Shown here piece after piece: positions 63,647 to 64,000 of a stretch of DNA of 64,000 nucleotides. Within the stretch, counting starts at the first letter, position 1; every line of letters begins with the position of its first letter. The position numbers and the translations under genes were made by a program. The notes under the pieces are model-generated. The model saw only the letters and a list, made by a program, of their open reading frames with translations, made no database searches and had not been told where the DNA came from. Origin of the DNA: the human T2T-CHM13v2.0 reference genome, Homo sapiens; the NCBI RefSeq assembly GCF_009914755.1, contig NC_060937.1. One strand, written 5' to 3'.

Positions 63647-64000
63647 TTATAATGAACTGGATTATTATAGCTGCAGATGAATCTGCAAGATTTGAGACAA
63701 GGCATCCTTGGCATATAAATATGACCTAACAAAGAGTATGGCTACCATAAAAATCAATGAAAGCACCCCATAACTAAAATATCAGTTTGTGAACTTGAAA
63801 AGGAAAATAAAATGGGTTGAACATGCTCTGCTTTTACAGTCATCCCAGAAAACTCCCAAAATAGAATGGATAAGGTAATTTCCTTCCTTCCATCCATTCA
63901 TCCAATATTGAGTGAATGTCTATTTCCAAAGTATCATTTTAGGAATGGGAGATTCAAAGATGAGCAAGAAACAGTCTATCAAGATGCTGACAGCCAGAGA

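Overview
Human (or very closely related great-ape) genomic DNA, repeat-rich, with no prokaryotic features. The right third holds the 3' end of ABCC4 (MRP4) on the minus strand: penultimate coding exon 61112-61246 ([10 protein letters not shown]...TETAKQ), a ~13.8-kb last intron, and the terminal exon (CDS 47170-47277 ending in the PDZ motif ETAL, ~1.7-kb 3'UTR, AATAAA at 45448-45453). The left ~45 kb is intergenic: Alus, old L1s, MaLR/ERVL LTRs, MER DNA transposons, a truncated U6 retrocopy and an orphan CpG island at ~28.1-29.0 kb. Apart from the ORF overlapping the ABCC4 exon, the supplied ORFs look spurious. I see no new protein-coding system. The most unusual signal is a cluster of locally templated insertions at 11.2-13.2 kb. 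One Alu is split by two pieces copied from roughly 2.5 and 5.4 kb away and joined by microhomologies. An L1 is interrupted by a copy of nearby DNA that ends in a snap-back hairpin. All three copied pieces are ~5% diverged from their donors. A 1.3-kb complex CA/GT repeat with higher-order units sits in the last ABCC4 intron. Repeat subfamily names and many boundaries are by eye and approximate.
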